From NCBI GenBank assembly GCA_002305965.1, contig DBRM01000032.1, forward strand, positions 22,043-86,042: a DNA stretch of 64,000 bases. Reading direction: 5' to 3'. The translations under genes were made by a program, and so were the position numbers. Below the pieces are notes generated by a model. That model saw only the letters and a list, made by a program, of their open reading frames with translations, was not told the DNA's origin and did not search any database. Origin of the DNA: Syntrophomonas sp. UBA1368. GTDB lineage: Bacteria > Bacillota > Syntrophomonadia > Syntrophomonadales > Syntrophomonadaceae. This document shows, in pieces, positions 28,478 to 38,534 of this stretch (the first letter of the stretch is position 1; every line of letters starts with the position of its first letter).

Positions 28478-31400
28478 GTGTACCTGAAAAGGCTTGAGAT
28501 CAAAGGGTTTAAATCATTTGCAGAGACTACCGAAATGAATCTTAAACCAGGTATAAATATCGTGGTTGGACCTAATGGCTGCGGCAAAAGCAATATTGTC
28601 GACGCGATTCGCTGGGTTCTGGGTGAAAATAATGTTCGTCATATCCGGGGGCAGAGGAATGAAGATATAATCTTCAACGGCACCGATAAGAAAAAGTCTC
28701 AGGGCATGGCTTATGTTGAAATAATCGTAGATAATCATGATCATTTACTGCCGGTTGATTATACAGAAGTAACGGTGGAAAGAAAAGCATTCCGCTCTGG
28801 GGAAAGTGAGTTTTCCCTCAATAAATCCAAAGTAAGGATGAAAGATATAACCGATTTATTTACCGGGACCGGTTTAGGTAAAAAGGGGTATTCCATCATC
28901 AACCAAGGGGAACTGGAGCAGGTTTTAAACGGCCAGCCCATAGAAAGGCGCTTGATGCTGGAGGAAGCTTCAGGGATCATACGTCATCGTCATAAACGTG
29001 ATGAAGTTCAAAAACGCTTGCTTATCACCAGTAATGATATTTTGCGTTTAGGCGACCTATTGAAGGAATTGGAAATCAGGAAAGCCGAAGTTGGAGAAAA
29101 AGCTGCCAAAGCTTCTGCTTATCAAGAATTATCTCAGCGTTACGACCAACGGGAACGCCAGGTGGTCAGCTTTGAGTGGATGAAAATAAATAAAGACATA
29201 AAAAGCCGTCGAAATGATTTGGCCATTCGTAAGAGCCAGATCGACGAAATACGGAAAAAGACGGCTGAAATGGAAGCGGCATTACAGCAAACTGAAGTTA
29301 TCATACAAGAGAATAATCAGCAGCTAAACAGTTTAAGAGAAGAGAAGTACCTGCACGAAACCAAAATCAACAACTCCCAGAATGAGATCCGTCTGGGACA
29401 GGAAAAAATCAGAAATGCCAGCGAACGGATCGCCAGCGCGGAAAATGACAGTGCCAAATATTTGCAAATGTTAAATAGCCTAAGTCTGGATATGGAAGCT
29501 ACCGAAGCTGCATTCAGTCAGGATCAGCAGCAAATGGAGCAAAAGCAGCAGGAGTTTCTTAAGGTCAAAGCAGAAGTACAAATCCTGGAGGAAGCGATCC
29601 ACCAGTGCAAAGAGCAGTTTGAAGCGAAAAGAAGCGAAGTATTTCAGCGTGTGCAACTGGAAACAGAAGCGGGTAATAAGATCATTGCCAATGAAGAAGA
29701 GTTGAAACGGGCACAGGATAAAAATCAGCGTTTAAGCATCCAATTGGAGGAAATCCAGAGCAAAATTGCTTCCGGACAAACCATGGATGATGAATTACAG
29801 GAACAAATCACAACCCTGAAGCAGCAGGAACAAGAAATTACGCTGCGCCTGGAAGAATTACAGGGAGAAAAAGAACGGTTGCAGCAGACTTCAGGTGAAT
29901 TGAACCGTAACTATGACCGGCTCCGTGACGAGATACAAAAAATATCCGGCAAGCTGGCTGCCAGCAGGGAACTGCAAAAGAATATGGCGGGATATTCATC
30001 AGGGGTCAAAGCCATTGCAGGCAGATTCAGGGGAGATCAAAAATTACACGGTTTTGTCGGTATTATCGGAGAATTGATCGATGTGAAACCAGGCCTGGAA
30101 GTGGCAGTGGAAACAGCCCTGAACCGAGGTCTTGAAAACATCGTAGTGGAATCCATGAATGATGCCAAAGACGCTATCAACATTCTCAAACAACAAAAAA
30201 TGGGAAGGGTCACATTCTTGCCGCTGGATGTTTTAAAAAGCCAGCCGCTGCCGGATACCCTGCGGGCAAAACTTCAAAAGATCCCCGGTGTTTTAGGCTT
30301 GGGAGCTGAATTGGTCCAGTATGAACCCCGATGTAAAAAAGCCGTCGATTATCTGCTGGGGCGGGTGCTGATCGTCGATAATATGGAAGTTGCCATAAGA
30401 ATTTATAAAAGTCTGGATTTCCCGGGGCGTATTGTTACTCTGGAAGGAGAATTGATCAATACCAGCGGGGCAATAACCGGTGGACATCGGGAATCCATCC
30501 AGCCAGGCGTGATTCAGCGCAAAGGAGAAGAGAAAAAATTAGCAGGCTTATTGCAGGAACTGAATAAACAACTGACAGATACCGCCGCCGCAATTGAGCA
30601 ACAGAATAAAAAGCTGGATGACGTAGAGAAAGTCATCAGCCAAATGAAAAACAATTTGCTCGAGCATACACTGAAATTGGAAATGCTAAGCAAACAAAAG
30701 GAAAAAGTCATGGCTGAATATCACCAGCTGAAACAGCTGCGTGAATCCTATCTTTTTCAATTGGATGAAATTAATAAAGAGATTTTACACCTGCAGGAAA
30801 ATCAGTTGGTCTGGCAGGAAGAAAAGAGATCATTACAGGATGACAGCAGCCGATTGACAGAAGAACTGGAAGGGTTTAAACAAAAGCTGGAAACTGATAC
30901 ACGTAATCTGGAAGTTGCCAAAGAAAGACTGAATTCTTATCATGAACAGCTGGAAATGAAAAGAAAGGAATTGGAAAACAGCGCCAAAAATATTGCCCAG
31001 TTTGAGCAGGTGAAAGCGTCATATCAACAATCCATGCTGGCAGCTTCTCAGCTTAAGGAGCGCATGGAAAAAGAAACCGCAGCAGAACAAGAGGCCATTG
31101 CTGCCAGACAAACAACCATTGAGCAGCTTGGCAGTGTCTTACAGCAAGTGTCTGACCAAATCACCTGGAATTTGCAGAGTACAGACGAGTTGAAAATGAA
31201 GAGTGAACTGTACCGCAAGGAATTGGCCCCTTTACAACAGCAGCTGATCCAGACGGAAAGTAATCAGCGGAATATTGAACTAAACATTGCCAGGTTGGAA
31301 ACAGAGCTGGATAATATGCGCAAAAACTGGCAGGAAAAATGGCGTGAATTATTGATTGACGAACCAATGGAGATTCCTTATAAGAGTGCTGATATCAAAA

Positions 31401-32059
31401 ACTTTATTAAAGAGATGGAAGACTTGAAATTTCAGATGGAAAGCTTATGGCCGGTGGATCTTACAGCATTGGATGAATATCAGGAAATAAACGTCCGGTA
31501 TGATTTTCAAAAACAACAGTATCAGGATTTGATTCAGGCACGGGATGCTTTACAGCAGCTGCTGCAGGAAACTGAAAAAATCATGACCAAGGACTTTGCC
31601 CATTTCCTGCTGCTGGCCAACGAAAGTTTTAAAACTACTTTCAAGGAAATGTTTGGAGGGGGCGAAGCTTTACTAAGATTGGATGCCCAGGATGATAAAT
31701 TAGAAGCCGGGGTAGAAATTGAAGTTAAAATGCCGGGTAAAAAAATGCAGTCACTGGAATTGCTGTCGGGAGGAGAACGGGCCCTTACTTGTATTGCTTT
31801 TATTTTTGCTTTGCTTGGTTTACGTCCGGCACCATTCTGTCTGTTGGATGAGATCGATGCTTCCCTGGACGAAACAAATCTGCTGAGGCTTACCAACTAT
31901 TTAATCAAGATGTCAGATAAAATGCAGTTTATTGTCATTACCCACCGGCAAGCAACCATTACCGCGGGAGAGAATATCTACGGAGTTACCATGCCGGAAA
32001 AAGGTATTTCTTCCGTACTGACACTTAATCTGGAGGAAGCCGAAAACCTGGCAGGATAA
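28478..32059 (+). CDS. smc: Chromosome segregation protein SMC
   Basis: 1193 aa. Walker A GPNGCGKSN, long coiled coils, hinge, C-terminal LSGGE...LDEIDASLD. Confidence 0.96.
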   Translation: MYLKRLEIKGFKSFAETTEMNLKPGINIVVGPNGCGKSNIVDAIRWVLGENNVRHIRGQRNEDIIFNGTDKKKSQGMAYVEIIVDNHDHLLPVDYTEVTVERKAFRSGESEFSLNKSKVRMKDITDLFTGTGLGKKGYSIINQGELEQVLNGQPIERRLMLEEASGIIRHRHKRDEVQKRLLITSNDILRLGDLLKELEIRKAEVGEKAAKASAYQELSQRYDQRERQVVSFEWMKINKDIKSRRNDLAIRKSQIDEIRKKTAEMEAALQQTEVIIQENNQQLNSLREEKYLHETKINNSQNEIRLGQEKIRNASERIASAENDSAKYLQMLNSLSLDMEATEAAFSQDQQQMEQKQQEFLKVKAEVQILEEAIHQCKEQFEAKRSEVFQRVQLETEAGNKIIANEEELKRAQDKNQRLSIQLEEIQSKIASGQTMDDELQEQITTLKQQEQEITLRLEELQGEKERLQQTSGELNRNYDRLRDEIQKISGKLAASRELQKNMAGYSSGVKAIAGRFRGDQKLHGFVGIIGELIDVKPGLEVAVETALNRGLENIVVESMNDAKDAINILKQQKMGRVTFLPLDVLKSQPLPDTLRAKLQKIPGVLGLGAELVQYEPRCKKAVDYLLGRVLIVDNMEVAIRIYKSLDFPGRIVTLEGELINTSGAITGGHRESIQPGVIQRKGEEKKLAGLLQELNKQLTDTAAAIEQQNKKLDDVEKVISQMKNNLLEHTLKLEMLSKQKEKVMAEYHQLKQLRESYLFQLDEINKEILHLQENQLVWQEEKRSLQDDSSRLTEELEGFKQKLETDTRNLEVAKERLNSYHEQLEMKRKELENSAKNIAQFEQVKASYQQSMLAASQLKERMEKETAAEQEAIAARQTTIEQLGSVLQQVSDQITWNLQSTDELKMKSELYRKELAPLQQQLIQTESNQRNIELNIARLETELDNMRKNWQEKWRELLIDEPMEIPYKSADIKNFIKEMEDLKFQMESLWPVDLTALDEYQEINVRYDFQKQQYQDLIQARDALQQLLQETEKIMTKDFAHFLLLANESFKTTFKEMFGGGEALLRLDAQDDKLEAGVEIEVKMPGKKMQSLELLSGGERALTCIAFIFALLGLRPAPFCLLDEIDASLDETNLLRLTNYLIKMSDKMQFIVITHRQATITAGENIYGVTMPEKGISSVLTLNLEEAENLAG

Positions 32060-32073
32060 ATCATAGATAAAGG

Positions 32074-33150
32074 ATGGATCAAAAAATGGCATGGCTTGAT
32101 AAAATCAAAGGACGAAAAAAGAATGAATCCGCAGAAAATGAAGCCGCAGCAACAGAAAAGGTCATAACTGAACCGGAAGCGGCCAGTAACGAAGAGATGA
32201 CCGAAGATATTTCTTCAGAGGCTGAAGAAAAACGGAAACGCGGCTGGTTGGATAAGATCAGGAATAGTTTGAGCAAAACCCGGAGAAACCTGACTGATAA
32301 AATTGAGGGCTTAGTGAAAAGAACAGGTGATATCGACGATGACTTCTGGGAAGAACTGGAGGATATCCTGATCCAGGCAGATGTTGGGGTCAAGACTACA
32401 CTGGAGCTGATCAAAAATATCCGCAGCCGGGTGAAAAAGGAAGGCATCAAAGAAGCCCGCGAAGTCATCGCCTTATTACGGGCTGAAGTAGAAGCCATGT
32501 TGGCTGCGAATGAAACGGAAACAGTACCGGCCGGGAAACCGCATGTTATTCTAGTAGTAGGGGTTAACGGTGCGGGAAAGACAACTTCCATTGCTAAAAT
32601 GGCCAATAAATATAAAAATGAAAAACAAAAGGTATTATTGGCGGCTGCCGATACCTACCGGGCTGCCGCTATCGATCAGTTACAAACCTGGGCTGACCGG
32701 GCGGGAGTAGAACTGATCAAACATAACGAAGGCTCTGATCCCGGAGCCGTGGTTTTTGATGCCATAGCTGCGGCGAAAGCCAGGAAAAATGATATTTTGA
32801 TCATTGATACAGCGGGACGGCTGCAAAACAAGACCAATTTAATGAAAGAAATAAGCAAGGTAAAAAAGATCATTGAAAGAGAGCTGCCGGAAAATCAAAG
32901 TGAAGTCTTATTGGTGCTTGATGCTGCCACCGGACAAAATGCCATCAGTCAGGCCCGTTTATTCCAGGAAGCTACTGGTATATCCGGTATTATATTGACC
33001 AAATTGGACGGGACGGCCAAAGGAGGCATTGTATTAGCTATAGCTGATGAGTTGAAACTGCCGGTCAAATATGTTGGTGTAGGAGAAACCATGGATGATC
33101 TGAGGGAATTCTCCTCAGCTGTTTTTGCCGAAGCTTTATTTGGTGAATAA
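32074..33150 (+). CDS. ftsY: Signal recognition particle receptor FtsY
   Basis: Acidic N-terminus followed by an NG domain ([25 protein letters not shown]). The start could be ATG 32086. Confidence 0.93.
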   Translation: MDQKMAWLDKIKGRKKNESAENEAAATEKVITEPEAASNEEMTEDISSEAEEKRKRGWLDKIRNSLSKTRRNLTDKIEGLVKRTGDIDDDFWEELEDILIQADVGVKTTLELIKNIRSRVKKEGIKEAREVIALLRAEVEAMLAANETETVPAGKPHVILVVGVNGAGKTTSIAKMANKYKNEKQKVLLAAADTYRAAAIDQLQTWADRAGVELIKHNEGSDPGAVVFDAIAAAKARKNDILIIDTAGRLQNKTNLMKEISKVKKIIERELPENQSEVLLVLDAATGQNAISQARLFQEATGISGIILTKLDGTAKGGIVLAIADELKLPVKYVGVGETMDDLREFSSAVFAEALFGE

Positions 33151-33160
33151 GGGAGGTTTT

Positions 33161-33952
33161 ATGTTGGAAACTGCGATTATAGGCGGGACAGGGGTTTATG
33201 ATCCTGAACTGCTGGAAGATGTCAGAGAAGTAACCGTAGATACAGTTTATGGACGGGTAAAATTTATAGCCGGATCATATCAGGGCACAGAAATCGCATT
33301 TATTCCCCGGCATGGTTCTGATCATGGGGTACCGCCTCATTTAATCAACTACCGGGCGAATATTATGGCTTTGCATCAGTCGGGAGTAAAAAATATTATT
33401 GCCACAGCAGCGGTAGGATCACTAAACTATGAGTTTAAACCCGGACAATTTGTGCTGGCTGATCAGTTCCTGGATTTTACAAAAAATCGTCATCATACCT
33501 TTTACGAAGGCGGAGATCAGGGAGTGGTCCATTGTGATATGACCGTCCCTTATTGTCCCGAACTCAGACAGGTTTTGACAGATGCCGGACAGGAAATGGG
33601 GCTGAAAATAAACAATGGGGGAGTCTATGTATGTACGGAAGGCCCTCGTTTTGAAACCGCTGCAGAAATAAAGATGTTTAAAATGCTGGGGGGAGAACTG
33701 ATTGGCATGACCAGCGTACCGGAAGTATGCCTGGCCAGAGAATTGGGTATGTGTTATGCCAATATTTCTATCATAACCAATTTTGCTGCCGGTATATCCG
33801 GATCGGTTTTAACCCATAGTGAAGTGGTGGAGATGATGCAAACCAAAATAACCGATATTAGAAAGCTCATAATGGCAGGGATCAAAAAAATATCTGCAGC
33901 CAAAAGCTGCACTTGTGCCAGTATCCTGACTGAAAATGGGATGAACCAATGA
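33161..33952 (+). CDS. mtnP: S-methyl-5'-thioadenosine phosphorylase (PNP family 2)
   Basis: AIIGGTGVYD...FIPRHG...GPRFETAAE motifs. ATG 33161 follows GGGAGG. Confidence 0.85.
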   Translation: MLETAIIGGTGVYDPELLEDVREVTVDTVYGRVKFIAGSYQGTEIAFIPRHGSDHGVPPHLINYRANIMALHQSGVKNIIATAAVGSLNYEFKPGQFVLADQFLDFTKNRHHTFYEGGDQGVVHCDMTVPYCPELRQVLTDAGQEMGLKINNGGVYVCTEGPRFETAAEIKMFKMLGGELIGMTSVPEVCLARELGMCYANISIITNFAAGISGSVLTHSEVVEMMQTKITDIRKLIMAGIKKISAAKSCTCASILTENGMNQ

Positions 33953-35001
33953 TCGCACCATTGATATTTACAGGACAGGCGATAGAATTACTGGATCAGA
34001 ACCGGCTCCCTGATGAGGTCATTTACGAAACTTGCCAGACAGCTGAAGAAGTGGCAGCAGCCATACGAGAACTGAAAGTAAGAGGTGCACCGCTCATTGG
34101 CATAGCCGCCGCTTTCGGACTGGCTTTGGCGGTAAAACATTATAAAGGAGCTCCGGAGCAGCTGGAATCGTACTTTCTAAAATACAAAAGCTTGCTGGCT
34201 GCTACCCGCCCGACTGCAGTAAATCTATTCTGGGCTTTAGGCAGAATGGAAGAAGTTTTCCGTCAATATGAAAAGCAAGGTATAAGCTGGTTGCAGGAGG
34301 CTTTGATCAAAACAGCTGAAGATATTCTGGCTCAAGATATCAAGATCAACCAGGCCATCGGTGATCATGGTGAAAAACTGCTGAAGGAAAATAGCCGGAT
34401 ACTTACCATATGCAATGCAGGAGCACTGGCGACCGGAGGTTATGGAACTGCACTGGGCGTGATCAGAACGGCTCACAGGCAAGGCAAGATCAGTCAGGTT
34501 TGGGCTTGCGAGACCAGGCCGGTACTGCAGGGATCGCGTTTGACCGTTTGGGAACTGATGCAGGATAAGATTCCGGTCACACTTATTACTGACAGCATGG
34601 CGGGTTATATTATGCAGCTTAACCTGGTGGATGCAGTTATAGCCGGTGCAGACCGAATCGCAGCCAACGGTGATACCGCCAATAAGATCGGGACCTATAC
34701 ATTAGCCGTACTGGCTGATTATCATCACATTCCTTTTTATATTGCAGCACCCCATTCAACCGTTGATGTAAATATTGAAACCGGCAGTCAGATTCCGATC
34801 GAGGAACGTTCCCATCTGGAGATCAAGCAGTTTAGAGGCATTAACCTGACGGTACCGGAAGCCAGCGTTTTTAATCCTGCTTTTGACGTAACACCTCAGC
34901 AGCTGATCGCCGGGATCATTACCGAAAGCGGGATCATTAACCCCCCATTTCAGAAAAACATCAGACAACATCTGATGCAGATACGAGGAGGAGAAAGATG
35001 A
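33949..35001 (+). CDS. mtnA: Methylthioribose-1-phosphate isomerase (eIF-2B alpha/beta/delta family)
   Basis: 350 aa. VRGAPLIGIAAAFG...TRPT(A)VNL...CNAG...ETRP..QG.RLT motifs. Confidence 0.88.
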   Translation: MIAPLIFTGQAIELLDQNRLPDEVIYETCQTAEEVAAAIRELKVRGAPLIGIAAAFGLALAVKHYKGAPEQLESYFLKYKSLLAATRPTAVNLFWALGRMEEVFRQYEKQGISWLQEALIKTAEDILAQDIKINQAIGDHGEKLLKENSRILTICNAGALATGGYGTALGVIRTAHRQGKISQVWACETRPVLQGSRLTVWELMQDKIPVTLITDSMAGYIMQLNLVDAVIAGADRIAANGDTANKIGTYTLAVLADYHHIPFYIAAPHSTVDVNIETGSQIPIEERSHLEIKQFRGINLTVPEASVFNPAFDVTPQQLIAGIITESGIINPPFQKNIRQHLMQIRGGER

Positions 35002-36293
35002 GAACACTACTGCACAATATCAGTATTATTCCAATGGATGGCGCTTCCCAGATCATAGAAAAAGGATATATCGTGATCGAAAATGATGTCATCATTGCCA
35101 TTGGCAGCGGGGAGACCGAGACAGCCGGCTGTGATAAGGTCATCGAAGGGCAAAACAAAGTGGTGCTGCCAGGCTTCATCAATACCCACACGCATGCGGC
35201 CATGACTTTGCTGCGGGGCTATGCTGACGACCTGCCCCTGAAGGAATGGCTGGAAACAAAGATCTGGCCATTGGAAGACAGATTGACCCCGGATGATATA
35301 TACTGGGGTACTATGCTGGCGATGATTGAAATGATCAAATCAGGTACAACCACTTTTGCTGATATGTACTTTTCCATGGATGAGGTAGCCCAGGCGGTGG
35401 AAAAATCTGGCATGCGGGCTTGCTTGTCCCGGGGCATGATCGGTGCCGGACCCATGAGTGAGCAGGCGATCACTGACAGCATAGAGCTGGTGAAAAAATG
35501 GCACAATCAGGGGGATGGAAGAATTACCGTTATGCTTGGTCCTCATGCACCCTATACCTGTCCGCCGGAATACCTTTCAAGAGTTGCAGAACTGGCTGCT
35601 GATCTGGGAGTAGGCGTTCATATTCATGTGGCTGAAACCCTTGGAGAAGTTGCCGATATGGCTGCACAATACGGAAAAACCCCGGTTAAGATATTAAAAG
35701 ACACGGGATTGTTAAAAAACCATGTCCTGGCAGCCCATTGTGTTCATCTCAGTGAGGAAGATATAGCTCTTCTGGCAGAAAGCGGAGCAGCCGTAGCCCA
35801 TAATCCGGAAAGCAATATGAAGCTGGCCAGCGGCATTGCACCGGTACCAAAGCTGCTGGCAGCCGGAATACCAGTTGCATTAGGAACTGATGGTGCCTCC
35901 AGCAATAATGATCTGGATATGATGCAGGAAATGCGAACCTGTGCTTTGCTGCATAAAGTAAGTTCAATGGATCCTACCGTGTTACCGGCTTATAAAGCTT
36001 TGGAAATGGCAACGGTTAACGGTGCTCAGGCCCTGGGTCTAAATGGGCAGATTGGAGCCCTCAAAAAGGGCTATAAAGCGGATATGATTATTATCGATCT
36101 GCATGCAGCTCATCAAATTCCGCGGTATGATATAACAGCCAATCTGGTCTATTCGGGGCAGGCCAGTGATGTGGAAACAGTAATCATAAATGGCAGGGTC
36201 ATTATGGAAAACCGACAGTTCATTACTTTGGACCAGGAGGAAATAATGAGGCAGGCTCAAAGAATAGCAGCCAGATTAATGAAAGAAGTATAA
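34998..36293 (+). CDS. mtaD: 5-methylthioadenosine/S-adenosylhomocysteine deaminase (amidohydrolase)
   Basis: 431 aa. Metal ligand motif FINTHTHAAM, family-typical HVAET and GTDGASSNN. Confidence 0.85.
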   Translation: MRTLLHNISIIPMDGASQIIEKGYIVIENDVIIAIGSGETETAGCDKVIEGQNKVVLPGFINTHTHAAMTLLRGYADDLPLKEWLETKIWPLEDRLTPDDIYWGTMLAMIEMIKSGTTTFADMYFSMDEVAQAVEKSGMRACLSRGMIGAGPMSEQAITDSIELVKKWHNQGDGRITVMLGPHAPYTCPPEYLSRVAELAADLGVGVHIHVAETLGEVADMAAQYGKTPVKILKDTGLLKNHVLAAHCVHLSEEDIALLAESGAAVAHNPESNMKLASGIAPVPKLLAAGIPVALGTDGASSNNDLDMMQEMRTCALLHKVSSMDPTVLPAYKALEMATVNGAQALGLNGQIGALKKGYKADMIIIDLHAAHQIPRYDITANLVYSGQASDVETVIINGRVIMENRQFITLDQEEIMRQAQRIAARLMKEV

Positions 36294-36511
36294 AGGTTTT
36301 TAAGTGACTGACAGGTTCCCTTCTTTTAGCTGCATATCGATATTTAGCAGGGCATTCAGGGGATTTTGCATATGAAATTATACATATAATAATTATTAAT
36401 TATAATAGAAAAAGATTGCAGGAAGGAACCGGCTTAAAGTGAATTAATATAAGTAGTGGGGAAGGTTCTTGCATTTAATAGTTCATGTTTTCACATAAAC
36501 AGATTTTATTC

Positions 36512-36520
36512 TGTTATAAT
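36512..36520 (+). promoter_or_regulatory. Candidate extended -10 promoter element (TGtTATAAT) for the FDH operon leader
   Basis: TGTTATAAT at 36512-36520, about 95 nt upstream of the riboswitch-like element. Confidence 0.4.
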
Positions 36521-36614
36521 GATAGTGTGCTTAGTCCTTTGCTTCATCGATTAGACTGTTATCGACAAGGGATTCTTGCAGGTTCAATTTTGCCCCTGAA
36601 AAATTAAATAAATA

Positions 36615-36714
36615 ATTGCCTCCGAATTGTTTTGCCTAAAGCTTTTAGCTATGGCAGCCAATCATCGGGCAAGTTCGGAAACGAATTTACCTCCCATTGC
36701 GGAAAGGAGCAATT
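36615..36714 (+). promoter_or_regulatory. Candidate molybdenum-cofactor (Moco) riboswitch aptamer
   Basis: P1 AATTGC/GCAATT encloses GCCTCCGA, GGCAGCC, a GGAAAC tetraloop hairpin, ACCTCCC and GGAAAGGAG. These are the blocks I recall as conserved in the Moco RNA motif. It lies in the 5' leader of a molybdopterin enzyme operon. Confidence 0.68.
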
Positions 36715-36821
36715 GCTTTACTGTGGTTCAGATTTAAGTCAGAATCAGCTGTATGCATTGTTAGCCTTTTCCTCAGTGGGTTTTTTGTTTGATATATAAA
36801 TTTTGCAAAGGAGGTGAACAA

Positions 36822-37268
36822 ATGGCTAATTACATGGATTTGATTGCCAGTCAAAAAAATACCAAGGGGGGCATAATCGAAGCCTTTCACGCAATTCAGA
36901 AGGAATACAATTATATTCCCAGGGAAGCTTTGACAGCAGCAGCAAAAGCTTTTGGTATGTCTGAGGCAAAAGCGTACGGAGTGGCGACTTTTTACTCTTA
37001 TTTATCCGTGGAGAAAAGAGGCAAATATATTATCCGCATGTGTGAAAGTGCACCCTGTCATGTAGCAGGAGCGGACGAAGTAATCAAAGCGATCGAGAAA
37101 TATTTAGGCATTAAGACCGGAGAAACTACTGCCGATGGCAAATACACTCTGGAACTGACCGAATGTATTGGGCAATGTCAGGCCACTCCGGTCATCACTG
37201 TAAACTCAGAACCGATATTTAATGTTAGTCCGGAAAAAATTCCAGAAATCTTGAGTGCATATAAATAG
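36822..37268 (+). CDS. NADH dehydrogenase 24-kDa-subunit-like [2Fe-2S] protein (NuoE/HydC-like)
   Basis: Thioredoxin-like 2Fe-2S motif CESAPCH...CIGQC. ATG 36822 follows AAGGAGGTG. Confidence 0.88.
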   Translation: MANYMDLIASQKNTKGGIIEAFHAIQKEYNYIPREALTAAAKAFGMSEAKAYGVATFYSYLSVEKRGKYIIRMCESAPCHVAGADEVIKAIEKYLGIKTGETTADGKYTLELTECIGQCQATPVITVNSEPIFNVSPEKIPEILSAYK

Positions 37269-37287
37269 GGAAGGGGAGGTGAAAAAG

Positions 37288-38505
37288 TTGGAAGAGAAAC
37301 GCGTTTTGTTAGAATATGCTGACCAGATCAATCCGGAGAGTGCAGCGGATTATATCAAGGTCGGCGGTTATAAAGGCCTGGAAAAAGCCAGAGCCATGCA
37401 AAAGAAAGACCTGATCGATGAAGTTAAAAAATCTGGTTTACGAGGCAGAGGGGGAGCAGGATTTAATGCCGGTATGAAATGGAGTTTTGTTCCTCAGGAT
37501 GCACCGGTAAAATATGTTGTATGTAACCTGGACGAAGGGGAACCAGGAACATATAAAGACCGTATTATTTGCGAAAAAAATGCCCAGGCTTTGTTGGAAG
37601 GTATGGCCATTTGCGGCGCGGCAATAGGATCGGATCAAGGTTACATTTATTGCCGGGGAGAATATCCCTTCGTCGTAGAATTATTGAAGAATGCCGTAAA
37701 GAGTGCCAAGGATGCCGGAGCATTAGGAGATTTTGACATTGAAGTCAGAATGGGTGCCGGAGCGTATGTATGCGGAGAAGAAACTGCTTTGATAGAGTCT
37801 ATTGAAGGGCATCGGGGAGAGCCCAGATTTAAACCTCCGTTTCCAGGCGTGGCAGGATTATGGGCAGCACCTACTGTAGTCAATAATGTGGAGACCTTCG
37901 CATGCCTTCCCTATATTTTGGTCAATGGAGCCGAATGGTTTGCCGGTATAGGCGCGGCTAAATATCCCGGCACCAAAGTGCTGACCCTGACGGGTGATAT
38001 TAACAACCCAACCTATTTCGAAGTACCGACTGATTATAAATTGCGGGATGTAATCTATAAACTGGGCGGAGGCATCAAAAACGGCAAGAAATTTAAAGCC
38101 GTACAGGTTGGAGGAACTTCAGGGGCTTTTATACCAGAAGAAAACCTGGATACTCAGATAGATTTTGATTCCATGGGAGCCATTGGAGCAGCCCTGGGCT
38201 CAGGTGCGGTTCTGGTTCTGGATGAAACCAGAGATATCGTTGACACGGTAGCACGCATTACCAAATTCTTTGAACACGAATCCTGCGGCAAGTGTAATCC
38301 GTGCCGGGAAGGTACCTTCAGAATGTGCGAAATGCTGCATAAGGTCAATGAAGGCAAAGCCAGTGAAAAAGATCTTGAAAATATACTGCGCCTGGCCAAA
38401 GTTATGCGGAAAGCCTCACTATGTGGATTGGGACAGGCAGCCCCGATCCCGGTGGAATCAACCATCAAACATTTTAAATATGAGTATATGAGAAAACTCG
38501 TATAA
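37288..38505 (+). CDS. NADH dehydrogenase 51-kDa-subunit-like FMN/NAD-binding FeS protein (NuoF/HydB-like)
   Basis: GLRGRGGAGF, NLDEGEPGT, GAGAYVCGEETALIESIEG and ESCGKCNPCREG motifs. The start is uncertain (TTG 37288 or GTG 37279). Confidence 0.88.
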   Translation: MEEKRVLLEYADQINPESAADYIKVGGYKGLEKARAMQKKDLIDEVKKSGLRGRGGAGFNAGMKWSFVPQDAPVKYVVCNLDEGEPGTYKDRIICEKNAQALLEGMAICGAAIGSDQGYIYCRGEYPFVVELLKNAVKSAKDAGALGDFDIEVRMGAGAYVCGEETALIESIEGHRGEPRFKPPFPGVAGLWAAPTVVNNVETFACLPYILVNGAEWFAGIGAAKYPGTKVLTLTGDINNPTYFEVPTDYKLRDVIYKLGGGIKNGKKFKAVQVGGTSGAFIPEENLDTQIDFDSMGAIGAALGSGAVLVLDETRDIVDTVARITKFFEHESCGKCNPCREGTFRMCEMLHKVNEGKASEKDLENILRLAKVMRKASLCGLGQAAPIPVESTIKHFKYEYMRKLV

Positions 38506-38534
38506 ATCCTTTAGGAAAGGAGGAAGGAAAACAG

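Noticed and set aside
36294-36500. AT-rich palindromic stretch (CATATGAAATTATACATATAATAATTATTAATTATAAT) and a long-range complementarity (36311-36323 with 36421-36433) downstream of mtaD
   Set aside because: It is low-complexity AT-rich DNA in which palindromes arise easily. I could not define a convincing motif or structure beyond a generic promoter or UP-element region.
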